A DNA stretch of 64,000 bases. Origin: an uncultured Prochlorococcus sp. GTDB taxonomy: Bacteria; Cyanobacteriota; Cyanobacteriia; PCC-6307; Cyanobiaceae. A program made the position numbers and the translations under genes. Of this stretch, positions 53,440 to 64,000 are shown piece after piece (position 1 is the stretch's first letter; the number at the start of each line of letters is the position of its first letter). Under the pieces are notes generated by a model. That model did not search any database. It was given only the letters and a program-made list of their open reading frames with translations, and was not told where the DNA came from. The stretch is from NCBI GenBank assembly GCA_902536545.1, contig CACAXS010000006.1:913-64912 (forward strand). Reading direction: 5' to 3'.

Positions 53440-54438
53440 ATGTTTTCAAAATTTGCAACCAGAAGAGAATTTTTAAATTGTGGTAAGTTTTCGCTTTTAT
53501 TTTTCTTATACTCTTGCAGTAATCTGCCTAACAAAGTAAAAATTGCATTACAAAATTCTTTTTATCCAGAATCTTTTAAAGATACGATTCCAAAAGATTG
53601 GAAGCAGGAAAAAATTAATTTTGAAAATATTCGGCTACAAAAAAATAGAAACACAATTTTCAATTCTGACTTTACCTTAATAAATGATGGATGGATTTCT
53701 AGTATAGATTTTTCAGAATTTGAAAAAATAAATGAATATGCACTGTTCGAAAATTTGGATAAGAGATCGTTAGATTTTTTGGGAAGTTTTAATCAAAAAC
53801 AGAGGAGTAAATTATTTCCTATTGGCGTAGTACCCTATACAATTATCATTAAAAATAACAAAGAATTAATAAATTCAGCCAGAACATCTTGGGATTTTCT
53901 TCTTTCTAAAAAATTAACTGGGAAAATTATTTTTCCACAAAGTCCCAGAATAATATTGTCAATTGCTCAAAAAATTAATTCATCTAATTCTTTAAAAAAA
54001 CTCAAAAGTCAAGCAATGTTATTTGATGATAAAAATATGCTCAATTGGTTGATTAATTCTGATGCTATTGTCGCAATAGTTCCTTACAGTCTTTGTTCAA
54101 AATATTTAAAAATAGATCCAAGGCTTTCTTTAGTTTTCCCAAGCCAAGGCGTACCTTTGATGTGGCATTTTTTACTTAGTCGATCAAATCTAAATAATGC
54201 AATATTGATTAAATGGATTAAATCTTTAGAAAATAAATCAATAGTAGATAAATTAGTAAGCCAAGGTTGGTATCTTCCATTCAATAGTGATTATTTGCAA
54301 AGTAAATATAAATCTGAAATGTTCCCCATCTCAGGGCCTTCTGAGAAATGTTGGGAAAATAGTTGGTCTTTTCCTATCTTAACAAATGAACAAAAAATTA
54401 ATCTTAAAAATATCTGGAATGAGTCCTTATCCCCATAA
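53440..54438 (+). CDS. ABC substrate-binding lipoprotein (polyamine-type fold)
   Basis: RREFL Tat-like/lipoprotein N-terminus; SWDFLL..L.GKI; P.QG. Confidence 0.6.
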   Translation: MFSKFATRREFLNCGKFSLLFFLYSCSNLPNKVKIALQNSFYPESFKDTIPKDWKQEKINFENIRLQKNRNTIFNSDFTLINDGWISSIDFSEFEKINEYALFENLDKRSLDFLGSFNQKQRSKLFPIGVVPYTIIIKNNKELINSARTSWDFLLSKKLTGKIIFPQSPRIILSIAQKINSSNSLKKLKSQAMLFDDKNMLNWLINSDAIVAIVPYSLCSKYLKIDPRLSLVFPSQGVPLMWHFLLSRSNLNNAILIKWIKSLENKSIVDKLVSQGWYLPFNSDYLQSKYKSEMFPISGPSEKCWENSWSFPILTNEQKINLKNIWNESLSP

Positions 54439-55569
54439 TCTTTTTGTAGGATTTTCAATTAATAAGTTATGAGTTTCCTTTAATAAATTTGGTATATCTA
54501 ATTTACTTGGACATTTAGGAACACATTCATTACATTCTTGACAAAATGAGGAATTTTTTTCTTCCCACCAGTGGCCTGCTTTTCCAATTAAATTGTATCT
54601 TTCTTTTGAAAATTCTAATTGACCATAACCAATAGATATATTTCTTAAACGAAGTATTTCTGGAATAGGCACTTCATTTGGACATGGAAGACAAGATCTA
54701 CATTGTTCACATTTGGTTGAGTTTAATCTTTCATTAGAAACTTCCACAATTTTATTCAGGGCGCTTTTTTCAAGTTTTGTAAGCTTCTCGAACGAGTTTC
54801 TAAGTTTATGCGCAAATTCAAAATCTTTTTTGTTTGTAGCCCCCAAGGATAAAGTTGTAATGCCTTTTGCTAGCAGAAATCTATAAGCTAATTCTAATGG
54901 ATGAAAAGGTTTAGAGGCCTCTATCAAAATATCACTTGGAGAATACAATCTACCGCCTTTATCAGCAGGTGATATTGCTAAAACTCCCATACCTTTTTTT
55001 ATAGCTTCCTCTGCTAAAGCAATCTTAGATTGATCTAAATAATGTAAATGAAGACTGCAAAAAGTAAAAACTTCACAGTTAATTGCATCTTTAATTAGTG
55101 AATAACTTCCGTGAGAACTAAAACCAACTTGATCAACTAGTTCCTTCTCAAGTATCCAAGATATGAATTTCTTACCCTCCCCAGCAAGAACCCAATCTAG
55201 ATGTTGTTTTAAGTTGAGTCCGTGAATTGCAAGATTATTAATTTTCTCGCGTTTTAAATTTTTAAGAGACTTTTTAAAATTATTTTTTAAAAAGTTAAAA
55301 TTACCTTTTGGTAAAACTTTAGAAGTAATCACCCAATTTTTTTCTTTTATATTCTCTTCTATTGCTAATTTTTTTATTGAATTTCCAATAAGTGATTCAG
55401 CATCACCATAAGAGGGTGCTGTCTCTATGTGGTTAATTCCTACATAATATGCATTTTTTATTATGCTATACATTTTTTCGAGACTTTCAGTTGCTCGCAT
55501 TGTCCCTAAAGTAAATAAGCTTACTTTCGCCCCTTTACCAAATGATCTTTTTTGTGAATTAATAATCAT
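54427..55569 (-). CDS. Aldo/keto reductase with C-terminal 4Fe-4S domain
   Basis: LGTMR, ETAPSYG, CEQCRSCLPCP, CQECNECVPKCP. Confidence 0.88.
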   Translation of the reverse strand: MIINSQKRSFGKGAKVSLFTLGTMRATESLEKMYSIIKNAYYVGINHIETAPSYGDAESLIGNSIKKLAIEENIKEKNWVITSKVLPKGNFNFLKNNFKKSLKNLKREKINNLAIHGLNLKQHLDWVLAGEGKKFISWILEKELVDQVGFSSHGSYSLIKDAINCEVFTFCSLHLHYLDQSKIALAEEAIKKGMGVLAISPADKGGRLYSPSDILIEASKPFHPLELAYRFLLAKGITTLSLGATNKKDFEFAHKLRNSFEKLTKLEKSALNKIVEVSNERLNSTKCEQCRSCLPCPNEVPIPEILRLRNISIGYGQLEFSKERYNLIGKAGHWWEEKNSSFCQECNECVPKCPSKLDIPNLLKETHNLLIENPTKRLWG

Positions 55570-55681
55570 CTAAATATGATCAATTGCTTTTTATTTATTC
55601 TTTAATTTATTTATAGTTGAAAATCATTTAAAGTAAATTAAAGTAAATACAAAATTTTGCAAAAATATTTTTCTTAAATCT

Positions 55682-56335
55682 ATGTTTACAGGAATAATTC
55701 AATCAGTTGGAAAACTAAGACAAGAAAAAAATATTCTAGAAATTGAAATTCTAGATAATTTTTTTGATATGGCAATCGGTGACAGCATAGCTGTTGATGG
55801 AATTTGTTTGACAGTTAAAGAGATTTTTCAAAATAAATTTACTGTTGATGTTAGTGAGGAGACATTAAAAAAAACAACTTTAGGAGTAAAGTCTAACCTT
55901 AATCAGATTGTTAATTTGGAGCCCGCTCTTAGGGTGTCTGACCGTCTAGGAGGGCATATAGTCAGCGGACATGTTGATGGCCTTGGAACAGTTGAAAATA
56001 TAGAAAAATTAGAGAAATCTTGGCTCTTATCAATAAAATGGAAAAATAATAATTTTTCAAAATATGTAGTTAATAAAGGGAGTATTTGTGTAAATGGTAT
56101 AAGTCTTACGATTGCGAAATATGAGCAGGAAGGAGAAATATTTACTATTGCTATAATTCCTCATACTTGGCATAACACAAATCTGAATATATTAAATATC
56201 GGTGACAGCGTAAACCTTGAGGCAGATGCACTAATTAAATATGTAGAGAAATTACTTTTATTTAATAAAAATAGTAATCAAGATTTATCTTCAAATAATA
56301 TTTCTTCAGAGTGGCTTAAAGAAAACGGTTGGTAA
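55682..56335 (+). CDS. ribE: Riboflavin synthase
   Basis: MFTGII, GGHIVSGHVDG. Confidence 0.96.
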   Translation: MFTGIIQSVGKLRQEKNILEIEILDNFFDMAIGDSIAVDGICLTVKEIFQNKFTVDVSEETLKKTTLGVKSNLNQIVNLEPALRVSDRLGGHIVSGHVDGLGTVENIEKLEKSWLLSIKWKNNNFSKYVVNKGSICVNGISLTIAKYEQEGEIFTIAIIPHTWHNTNLNILNIGDSVNLEADALIKYVEKLLLFNKNSNQDLSSNNISSEWLKENGW

Positions 56336-56345
56336 AATTTATTTT

Positions 56346-56699
56346 TTAATTTAATGGAATCAGATAAATTGTTTTTGATTCTTTTTTAAGATCGATTTTA
56401 AATTCCTGACCTGGTTCTAGACCTAATTTTTTGGTGTAGGCATGACCAACTAATAGGTTCCCATTGCCATGAACTTTAGTTTTGAATTCTGTCTGCCTGC
56501 CTCTTGAAGCTCTATTACCATTTTTCCCTTGACGACCATTTCCTATTTTGTAACCCTTAGCTTCAATAAGCGCCCTATAAAAACTTTTTCTTAAGATTCT
56601 TCCACTAGGACCTACGTACCCACAACCTCTTGCTATCTCATCTTCAGATTTTTTACTTAATAATTTTGCTTTTTCAAGAAGTTCTTTTCCTTCTAGCAT
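56346..56699 (-). CDS. AbrB-like transcriptional regulator
   Basis: ARGCGY, FYRALIEAKG, GNLLVGHAY. Confidence 0.85.
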   Translation of the reverse strand: MLEGKELLEKAKLLSKKSEDEIARGCGYVGPSGRILRKSFYRALIEAKGYKIGNGRQGKNGNRASRGRQTEFKTKVHGNGNLLVGHAYTKKLGLEPGQEFKIDLKKESKTIYLIPLN

Positions 56700-56796
56700 T
56701 ATCTGACAAATTTCTAATTATATATTCTTACTAAAAAGGAGAACTGTGGCAATATAAATTAATAAAAAATATATTTTATTTTTAATATTTAGTTTT

Positions 56797-57399
56797 TTAT
56801 AAAAGATACAAAATAATAAATAAAATAACCCATATTCCATCAACAAAATGCCAGTACAATTCAACAGCTTCCAATGGGAACATATTTTGACTAGTTAATC
56901 TTCCGCCCTTAATTCTCGATTGCCAAGTAATAATTAAAATCATCAAAGTGCCTAAAGTGACATGTAATCCATGAAAACCAGTAAGAGCATAAAAAGTACT
57001 TGCAAATAAATTATCGGTTAATCCAAAAGGTAAATGAAAATATTCAAATAATTGACATATTAAAAATATAATTCCAAGAAAAGCAGTAAAAATTAACCAT
57101 TTTTGGGATTCAGAGTTTTTATCTTTTAAAAGTGCTTTGCCAGCTTTATGGAAAGTTGCACTACTAACAAGTAACAAAATTGTATTCAGTGTGGGTATTG
57201 GTAGTTCTAATTCATATATGGCACCATCAGGTAATGGATTTACTGCTTTATAAGTTAAATAAGCAGCAAAGAATCCAGCAAAAGTCATTCCGTCCGCAAT
57301 TAAGAAAGTTATAAGACCAAACATTCTGAAGTCTTCATGTGTTTCGTTAACTTCAGAATTATTTTTTTGAATTTCTTTTGAGCTATCTAGAGTTGTCAT
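56797..57399 (-). CDS. ctaE: Cytochrome c oxidase subunit III
   Basis: TGFHGLHV, YWHFVD. Confidence 0.96.
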   Translation of the reverse strand: MTTLDSSKEIQKNNSEVNETHEDFRMFGLITFLIADGMTFAGFFAAYLTYKAVNPLPDGAIYELELPIPTLNTILLLVSSATFHKAGKALLKDKNSESQKWLIFTAFLGIIFLICQLFEYFHLPFGLTDNLFASTFYALTGFHGLHVTLGTLMILIITWQSRIKGGRLTSQNMFPLEAVELYWHFVDGIWVILFIILYLL

Positions 57400-57404
57400 A
57401 TATT

Positions 57405-59030
57405 TTATTTTCGTTCAGAAATTTTTTTACCATAACCATAAGGTTCTTCAACTAATGGAGCTTCTCCTTCCCAATTTTCAACTGGAGGTGGAGAAGATGT
57501 TAACCATTCAGGTGTAAGGGCATTCCAAGGGTTATCTCCAGCATCTTTTCCATTTCTCACACTAAGGAATACATTAATTAAAAAAGGAATTGTACTTATA
57601 GCCATCAAAAGAGCCCCAAGGCTACTAATTTGATTAACAAACTGGAATTGAGGATCATATTCTGCAACTCTTCTTGGCATTCCATTTAAACCAAGCCAAT
57701 GTTGAGGAGCAAAGCACAAGTTAAATCCAATAAAGGTAATGACAAAATGTAAAATTCCTAATTTTTCATTGAGCATTTTTCCAGTTACTTTGGGGAACCA
57801 ATGATAGATTGAAGAGAAAATAATAAAAACAGTCCCTCCATAAACTATGTAATGAAAATGGGCTACAACGAAATAGGTATCATGTACGTGAATATCGAAA
57901 GGGACCTGTGCCAAAGCAACTCCTGTAATACCTCCAAAAACGAAATTTATAATAAATCCACAAGAGAATAACATTGCACTATTGATGGAAATTTTACCTC
58001 CCCATAATGTTGCAACCCAATTAAAAAATTTTATACCTGTTGGAACAGCAATAAATGCTGTAGCTATTGTAAAGAACAATCTCATCCAAGGGGGCGTTCC
58101 ACTTGTAAACATGTGATGCGCCCAAACAACTAAACCTAAAACTACTATCCCCATTATTGAAAAAACCATTGTTGTATATCCAAAAAGTGGTTTTCTAGCA
58201 TGTACAGGAAGTATTTCACTAACTAAACCAAATGCGGGAAGGACCATAATGTATACAGCTGGATGAGAATAAAACCAAAATAAATGCTGATAAACTACGA
58301 CATTGCCACCTAAAACAGGATTGAAAAACCCTGTATTAGCGATGATATCGAAGCTTAGTAGAATTAAAGTGCCTGCTAAAACAGGAGTTGATAAAACAAC
58401 TAATAGACTTGTTCCAAGCATTGCCCAACAATACATTGGCAATTGCATAAGTTTTAATCCTGGCCTTCTAAATTTGATAATGGTCGCTATAAAGTTTATT
58501 CCACCAAATATAGAACTGCCTCCAAGTAATAGAACGCTCAGAATCCAAATGATTTGTCCAGATTGAGGAGTAGTTATGCTTAAAGGTGGATAAGCCGTCC
58601 ATCCAGCCTGAGCAGCCCCCTCAACAAAATAGCTTGCCACCAACATCAAACCTGAAGGAGGAATTAACCAAAAAGCTACGGCATTTAATCTTGGGAATGC
58701 CATATCTCTCGCGCCTACATAAAATGGAATTAAATAATTTCCAAAAGCACCGTTAACAACTGGCACTATCCAAAGGAAAATCATTATTGTTCCGTGTAAA
58801 GTTAAAACTTGGTTATAAACATCTCTTGGCATGAAATCAGACATTGGACTGGCTAGTTCAATTCTTATAGCGCTTGCTAAAGTTCCCCCTATTAAATAGA
58901 AGAGAAAACCACAAACTAAGTATTGTATCCCAATTACTTTATGATCAAGGCTAAAACTGAAGTATCTAAGCCAGCCTTTAGGTTGAAGACTTTCATTATT
59001 AGTTTTTTGTGGATCAATTGATATTGTCAT
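57405..59030 (-). CDS. ctaD: Cytochrome c oxidase subunit I
   Basis: WFYSHPAVY, WAHH, HFH. Confidence 0.98.
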   Translation of the reverse strand: MTISIDPQKTNNESLQPKGWLRYFSFSLDHKVIGIQYLVCGFLFYLIGGTLASAIRIELASPMSDFMPRDVYNQVLTLHGTIMIFLWIVPVVNGAFGNYLIPFYVGARDMAFPRLNAVAFWLIPPSGLMLVASYFVEGAAQAGWTAYPPLSITTPQSGQIIWILSVLLLGGSSIFGGINFIATIIKFRRPGLKLMQLPMYCWAMLGTSLLVVLSTPVLAGTLILLSFDIIANTGFFNPVLGGNVVVYQHLFWFYSHPAVYIMVLPAFGLVSEILPVHARKPLFGYTTMVFSIMGIVVLGLVVWAHHMFTSGTPPWMRLFFTIATAFIAVPTGIKFFNWVATLWGGKISINSAMLFSCGFIINFVFGGITGVALAQVPFDIHVHDTYFVVAHFHYIVYGGTVFIIFSSIYHWFPKVTGKMLNEKLGILHFVITFIGFNLCFAPQHWLGLNGMPRRVAEYDPQFQFVNQISSLGALLMAISTIPFLINVFLSVRNGKDAGDNPWNALTPEWLTSSPPPVENWEGEAPLVEEPYGYGKKISERK

Positions 59031-59830
59031 AAATTTACCTCTGGTTTTTTATTTTTGTTAAACCATTCATTGTAATCAGATTCTTTTTCAACAATTATGG
59101 AGGCTCTCATTCCTCCATGATATGGGCCACATAATTCTGCGCAAATTATCGGATATTTTCCTACTTTTGTGGGAGTGAAATTTAGAATAGTAGGTTGTCC
59201 AGGAATTATATCCTGTTTAATTCTGAACTCTGGTACCCAAAAAGCATGAATGACATCTTTGGATTCCATTTTCATTGATACTTTTTGATCAACAGGAACG
59301 TGTAGTTCTCCTGATATGAAATTGCCCTTGGGATAATTGAATAAAAATGCAAATTGCATTGCTGAAACTTCAATTGATAAATTATTTATTGCTATTTCAT
59401 TATCAGAAGTTTGACTTATTCCAGCCCATATTTTTTCAGTGTTAGAACTCATCATTTCGTGGTTATGATTTAGTTCTTTCATCCCTCCCATTCGATCGTA
59501 GATGTTGTAGCTATATAAACCTATTAATAAAACAATTATTGAAGGGATAATTGTCCATATAATTTCTAAGCTTAAATTCCCCTCTAAAGCTATACCATCG
59601 CCTATCTGATCATTTCTTTTCCTAAACTTAAATAAGCTATAAATAACCGCTATTGTCATTCCTATAAAAATAATTAATCCAATGATGAAAAGAATTTTAA
59701 AAAGTTCATCGTAAATTGGTGCATTAATACTTGCTTCAACTGGGAGCAAATTTACATTAAAACCAATCCAAAAAGATATAGCAAAAACGAGGGAAATAAT
59801 TAGTATTAAATAAATGTTTTTATTTAACAA
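59027..59830 (-). CDS. ctaC: Cytochrome c oxidase subunit II
   Basis: DVIHAFW, CAELCGPYHGGM CuA site. Confidence 0.97.
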   Translation of the reverse strand: MLNKNIYLILIISLVFAISFWIGFNVNLLPVEASINAPIYDELFKILFIIGLIIFIGMTIAVIYSLFKFRKRNDQIGDGIALEGNLSLEIIWTIIPSIIVLLIGLYSYNIYDRMGGMKELNHNHEMMSSNTEKIWAGISQTSDNEIAINNLSIEVSAMQFAFLFNYPKGNFISGELHVPVDQKVSMKMESKDVIHAFWVPEFRIKQDIIPGQPTILNFTPTKVGKYPIICAELCGPYHGGMRASIIVEKESDYNEWFNKNKKPEVNL

Positions 59831-60050
59831 TTGATTTCTTAAATTTTATTTATATCCTCAAGATATTCAATTTTTTTAATCTTGCATCCTTTGTTAAAAG
59901 AAAAACATTTAAATTCATAACTTCTTAAGATTTATGAAATAAAAGGCGTATTATTGATAACTTTTTAGAGTTAATTGTCAGGGAAAAAAGATTAAATTGG
60001 TAAATTTTTTTTTAAATTAAACATATTAATTTTTAATTAATGTTTGGTTT

Positions 60051-61019
60051 TTGAATCTAATTTATTATGCAAATTATATAGGTTTTATCCATTTGATCAA
60101 TAATCAATTATATAAATCAAAATATCTGACAATTTTTAAAAGGTTGGGAAGCCATAGTGTATTTGCACTCATTGCACTAATCGTAATTGGAGGTGCTACG
60201 AGAGTCATGGAGGCGGGACTTGCTTGTCCAGATTGGCCATTATGTTATGGATCTTTTTTGCCTTTTAATCATATGAACCTAAGAGTATTTCTAGAGTGGT
60301 TTCATCGTCTAGATGCTTTTCTGGTTGGAATATTAATTCTTTTAAAATTTGCCCTTTCAATTATTTGGAAAAATGAAATTCCAAATTGGTTACCTCGAAC
60401 TTATTCATTATTACTTTTTCTCGTCATTGTCCAAGGATCTTTTGGAGCTTTGACAGTAATAAACCTGCTTGATTCATATACTGTTACTGGCCATCTTTTA
60501 ATAGCTTTTCTACTTCTCATCACAACAATTTCAATAAATCAAAATTTAGAAAATGACGACATAGAAGAGCCATTAATTTGGTGGAGATTATTATTATTTG
60601 TTCCTCTCTTACTTACTCTGATTCAATCTTTTATTGGAGTAAGGCTTTCATCAACCTGGTCAGCACATATTTGCTTATCTTTTAATAAACAATGTCTTAT
60701 TCTAAATACTCATAAATTATTCGCTTTCCCAATTGCCTTTTCAATTCTATTAATTATTGCTACTGCAATTTATAAAAGAAGTTTGCTTAATGAAAATTGG
60801 AAATATCTCTCAGCACTTATTTTTCTCTTGTTTTCTCAAATTGCTTTGGGTGTTTTAAGTCTTAAAACAAATTTGAATGAACCTATTTTTATTATCGGTC
60901 ATCAACTTAACGCCTCTTTATTTATTGCGATATTAACAACATTAATTTTTAGAAATCCTTTTACCAAAAAAGGTCTAAACCACTCCCTAAATTCTCAAAT
61001 GGTTGGTATTAATACATGA
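60051..61019 (+). CDS. ctaA: Heme A synthase (COX15/CtaA)
   Basis: [15 protein letters not shown]; true start may be slightly downstream. Confidence 0.92.
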   Translation: MNLIYYANYIGFIHLINNQLYKSKYLTIFKRLGSHSVFALIALIVIGGATRVMEAGLACPDWPLCYGSFLPFNHMNLRVFLEWFHRLDAFLVGILILLKFALSIIWKNEIPNWLPRTYSLLLFLVIVQGSFGALTVINLLDSYTVTGHLLIAFLLLITTISINQNLENDDIEEPLIWWRLLLFVPLLLTLIQSFIGVRLSSTWSAHICLSFNKQCLILNTHKLFAFPIAFSILLIIATAIYKRSLLNENWKYLSALIFLLFSQIALGVLSLKTNLNEPIFIIGHQLNASLFIAILTTLIFRNPFTKKGLNHSLNSQMVGINT

Positions 61020-62017
61020 ACAGTAGTAACCTAGAAAACTTTAACTATAAATCTTCAATCAGGGATGAAGTTGTACCTTCAAGAAAAAGATTAACTTTGC
61101 CTCCTTGGCTTGAAGTAGCGAAACCTAGATTAATCCCACTTTTATTGGCAACAACTTTGGGAGGAATGGCTTTAACAGAAGAATGGCCTTTGTCTTCTCC
61201 GAAACTTATCTGTACTTTGGGAGGAGGAGCTTTAGCAGCAGCAGCAGCAGGAGCTCTTAATTGCTTGTGGGAAATGGAATTAGATAAGAGAATGAAAAGA
61301 ACTAGTAAAAGAGCCTTGCCAGCAGGAAAGCTGTCATCTGAGACTGTATTTTTAGCTGCCGTATCATGTACTTTGGCAGCTTCGATGCTTTTAGTAAGTG
61401 GAGTAAATTATTTAGCTGCGGGTTTAACTCTTCTTGGTTTATTTAGCTACGTAATTTTATATACAGTTATTTTGAAACCTCGCACAACAAAAAATATTGT
61501 TTTCGGAGGAGTTGCTGGTGCGATACCACCCTTAGTTGGAGCATCTGCTGCAACTGGACATGTAGGTCTTAGTGGTTGGTGGTTGTTTGGTTTAGTAATG
61601 TTGTGGACCCCAGCTCATTTTTGGGCACTTGCAATTTTGTTGAAGGATGATTACGCATCTGTTGGTATTCCAATGCTCCCTACTGTTAAAGGATCTGTTT
61701 TTACTGCTAAAGCCATTTCTCGTTACGGATGGGCAACTGTTTTAATGAGTATTATGGGAGTTTTTGCTTTACCTGAAGGGGGTCTCTTATATGGAATTAT
61801 GTTATTGCCATTTAATGGAAGATTTTTGCAATTAATAAATGAATTAAAGAAATCTCCTGATGATCTTTCAAGAGCAAAGTCTCTTTTTAGGTGGTCTATT
61901 CTTTATATGTTTGGCATTTGTCTCTTGTTATTAATTTCCAGAACCCAACTATCCGTAGAATTTGAGCAGCAATCTATGCAAATATTTTTTTCTATAGTAT
62001 CCCTGCTTAGTAATTAA
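61016..62017 (+). CDS. ctaB: Protoheme IX farnesyltransferase
   Basis: [19 protein letters not shown]. Confidence 0.96.
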   Translation: MNSSNLENFNYKSSIRDEVVPSRKRLTLPPWLEVAKPRLIPLLLATTLGGMALTEEWPLSSPKLICTLGGGALAAAAAGALNCLWEMELDKRMKRTSKRALPAGKLSSETVFLAAVSCTLAASMLLVSGVNYLAAGLTLLGLFSYVILYTVILKPRTTKNIVFGGVAGAIPPLVGASAATGHVGLSGWWLFGLVMLWTPAHFWALAILLKDDYASVGIPMLPTVKGSVFTAKAISRYGWATVLMSIMGVFALPEGGLLYGIMLLPFNGRFLQLINELKKSPDDLSRAKSLFRWSILYMFGICLLLLISRTQLSVEFEQQSMQIFFSIVSLLSN

Positions 62018-62053
62018 ATTCGATGTAAAATGTTTTTTAAGTAAATAGTAATT

Positions 62054-63073
62054 TTGATGAATTATATAAAAGTCAAAGGGCTCTCAAAATCTTATTCAGA
62101 TATTAATGCATTAAAAAATTTATCGATTGAAATTGAAGATGGCACATTATTCGGAATACTAGGTCCAAATGGTGCTGGCAAATCAACACTAATAAAAATA
62201 CTCGCTACTTTAATAGAGCCTGATAGTGGAGAAGTTCTTATAAATAATATTAATCTGATAAAAAATTCAAGGAAAATTAGAGAATTAATTGGTTATGTTG
62301 CCCAAGATATTGCACTTGATAAAATATTAACTGGACGAGAGCTTTTGGATTTTCAATCAGATTTATATCACATCAACAAAAACAAAAAATTTGAAAGGAT
62401 AGAGAAATTAATAGATCAATTAGAAATGAATGATTGGATTGATCGTAAGTGCGGAACTTATTCAGGAGGAATGAAAAGAAGAATAGATCTGGCAGCTGGA
62501 CTTTTACATTTGCCCAAAGTATTAATTTTGGATGAACCTACAGTTGGTTTAGATGTTGAAAGTAGAAATATTATATGGCAACTTTTGAAAGATTTGAGAA
62601 ATAATGGGATGACCATTATTTTAAGCAGTCACTATCTTGATGAAATAGATAAATTAGCAGACAGATTAGTGATAATTGATGATGGAAGAGTTATAGCACA
62701 AGGGACTCCTGCTGAGCTCAAAAGTAAATTAGGAGGAGATAGAGTAACTTTGAAAGTAAGAGAATTTAGTAATCTGGAAGAAGCAAAAAATATTTGTCAA
62801 ATTTTATCTTCAATAGATGGAATTAGTCAGATTATCATAAATGAAGTTCAAGGTTTCTCGATAAATTTTGTAGCAGACAAGGAAAAAGATTTACTTACGA
62901 AGCTAAAAGTGGAATTGGCTTTTTCAAAGTTTGAAATTTTTTCTCTTACCCAAAGTCAGCCCAGCTTGGATGATGTATATCTTCAGGCAACCGGGAAAAC
63001 ATTATTGGATGCTGAAATTTCTATGGCAGGGAAAAGAGACCTAAAAAAAGAATCAAAGCAATCCATGCGATAA
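62054..63073 (+). CDS. ABC-2 type exporter ATP-binding protein
   Basis: GPNGAGKST, YSGGMKRR, DEPTVGLD. Confidence 0.92.
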   Translation: MMNYIKVKGLSKSYSDINALKNLSIEIEDGTLFGILGPNGAGKSTLIKILATLIEPDSGEVLINNINLIKNSRKIRELIGYVAQDIALDKILTGRELLDFQSDLYHINKNKKFERIEKLIDQLEMNDWIDRKCGTYSGGMKRRIDLAAGLLHLPKVLILDEPTVGLDVESRNIIWQLLKDLRNNGMTIILSSHYLDEIDKLADRLVIIDDGRVIAQGTPAELKSKLGGDRVTLKVREFSNLEEAKNICQILSSIDGISQIIINEVQGFSINFVADKEKDLLTKLKVELAFSKFEIFSLTQSQPSLDDVYLQATGKTLLDAEISMAGKRDLKKESKQSMR

Positions 63074-63112
63074 AAAAAATTTTGGTTAACTAACTATAAT
63101 GAATACTAGTTA

Positions 63113-63946
63113 TTGCTAATTATGGAATTACAACAGTATAATTTATTTTTTATATATCAAGAAACATTTGCCTTAACAAAGAGATTATTTATTCAATTAA
63201 AAAGAAGACCATCAACTCTTTTAGCAGGAATATTACAACCCATAATTTGGCTTTTTTTATTTGGGGCATTATTCTCTAAAGCTCCTGAAGGTTTTTTACC
63301 AGGAGTTGATTCTTATGGGAATTTTTTAGGAGCAGGACTTATTGTTTTTACCGCTTTTAGCGGAGCCCTAAACTCTGGACTTCCTTTAATGTTTGATAGA
63401 GAGTTTGGATTTCTTAATAGATTACTTGTGGCTCCTTTAACCAGTAGATTATCCATAGTTTTATCTTCTTTTTTTTACATAACAATCTTGAGCTTTGTTC
63501 AGAGTATTGTAATAATGGTTGTTTCATACATTTTGGGTTATGGATGGCCCAACTTATATGGTTTAGGAATTGTGTTTACAACACTAATTTTATTAGTTCT
63601 TTTTGTGACATCAATAAGTTTATGTTTAGCGTTTGTTTTGCCGGGACATATTGAATTAATAGCTCTTATATTCGTAATAAATTTGCCTCTTCTCTTTGCG
63701 AGTACTGCTTTAGCTCCAATCTCTTTTATGCCAAATTGGCTGGGATGGTTAGCTTCATTAAATCCATTAACTTTTGCTATTGAACCTATTAGGACTGCCT
63801 ATACACAAACTATGAATTTAGAATTAGTGGCTTTACATGCCCCATATGGTGATTTAACTTGTAAGAGTTGTATATCAATTTTATTTTCTTTAACAGTTTT
63901 TTCCTTGATTATTATAAGGCCTCTGTTAAATAGAAAGTTAAATTAG
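63113..63946 (+). CDS. ABC-2 type exporter permease (Ycf38-like)
   Basis: FDREFGFLNRLLVAP, LNPLTFAIE. Confidence 0.9.
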   Translation: MLIMELQQYNLFFIYQETFALTKRLFIQLKRRPSTLLAGILQPIIWLFLFGALFSKAPEGFLPGVDSYGNFLGAGLIVFTAFSGALNSGLPLMFDREFGFLNRLLVAPLTSRLSIVLSSFFYITILSFVQSIVIMVVSYILGYGWPNLYGLGIVFTTLILLVLFVTSISLCLAFVLPGHIELIALIFVINLPLLFASTALAPISFMPNWLGWLASLNPLTFAIEPIRTAYTQTMNLELVALHAPYGDLTCKSCISILFSLTVFSLIIIRPLLNRKLN

Positions 63947-64000
63947 AAATTTTATGCTTTTAAAAAATCATTTAATAGAAGTTTTTAAACAAGCCTCTTT

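Noticed and set aside
4897-58566. Many 60-166 aa ORFs overlapping core genes (e.g. 4897-5181, 11088-11486, 19104-19520, 20200-20700, 50984-51391)
   Set aside because: Antisense or off-frame shadows of well-supported genes

Overview
AT-rich cyanobacterial chromosome segment. Gene content, gene order and protein sequences match high-light Prochlorococcus marinus. From about 3.8 kb to the end it is almost all core genome (aroQ, miaE, cobI, der, pipX-pipY-sepF-proC, recO, lipB, pdhC, queA, cysK, rpsD, murE, mqo, lepA, photolyase cluster, rsmB, chlG, hisF, ndhB, topA, cobT, ribE, ctaCDE/ctaAB). The first ~3.6 kb is the edge of an accessory island attached to the 3' end of a tRNA-Tyr/tRNA-Thr pair. 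It holds a two-gene minus-strand operon: a signal-peptide neutral zinc metallopeptidase, then a large signal-peptide TPR + CHAT (caspase-like) protein. The latter is missing from the ORF track because it runs off the window edge. This apparently exported double-protease module is the best candidate for an undescribed system. Other elements absent from the track are a glutamine-II riboswitch with a perfect NtcA palindrome over the promoter of a DUF4278 peptide, two small CDSs (DUF2256 and a 59-aa protein), and nested tandem duplications in a lipoprotein gene. All family assignments are from motif recognition, not database searches.
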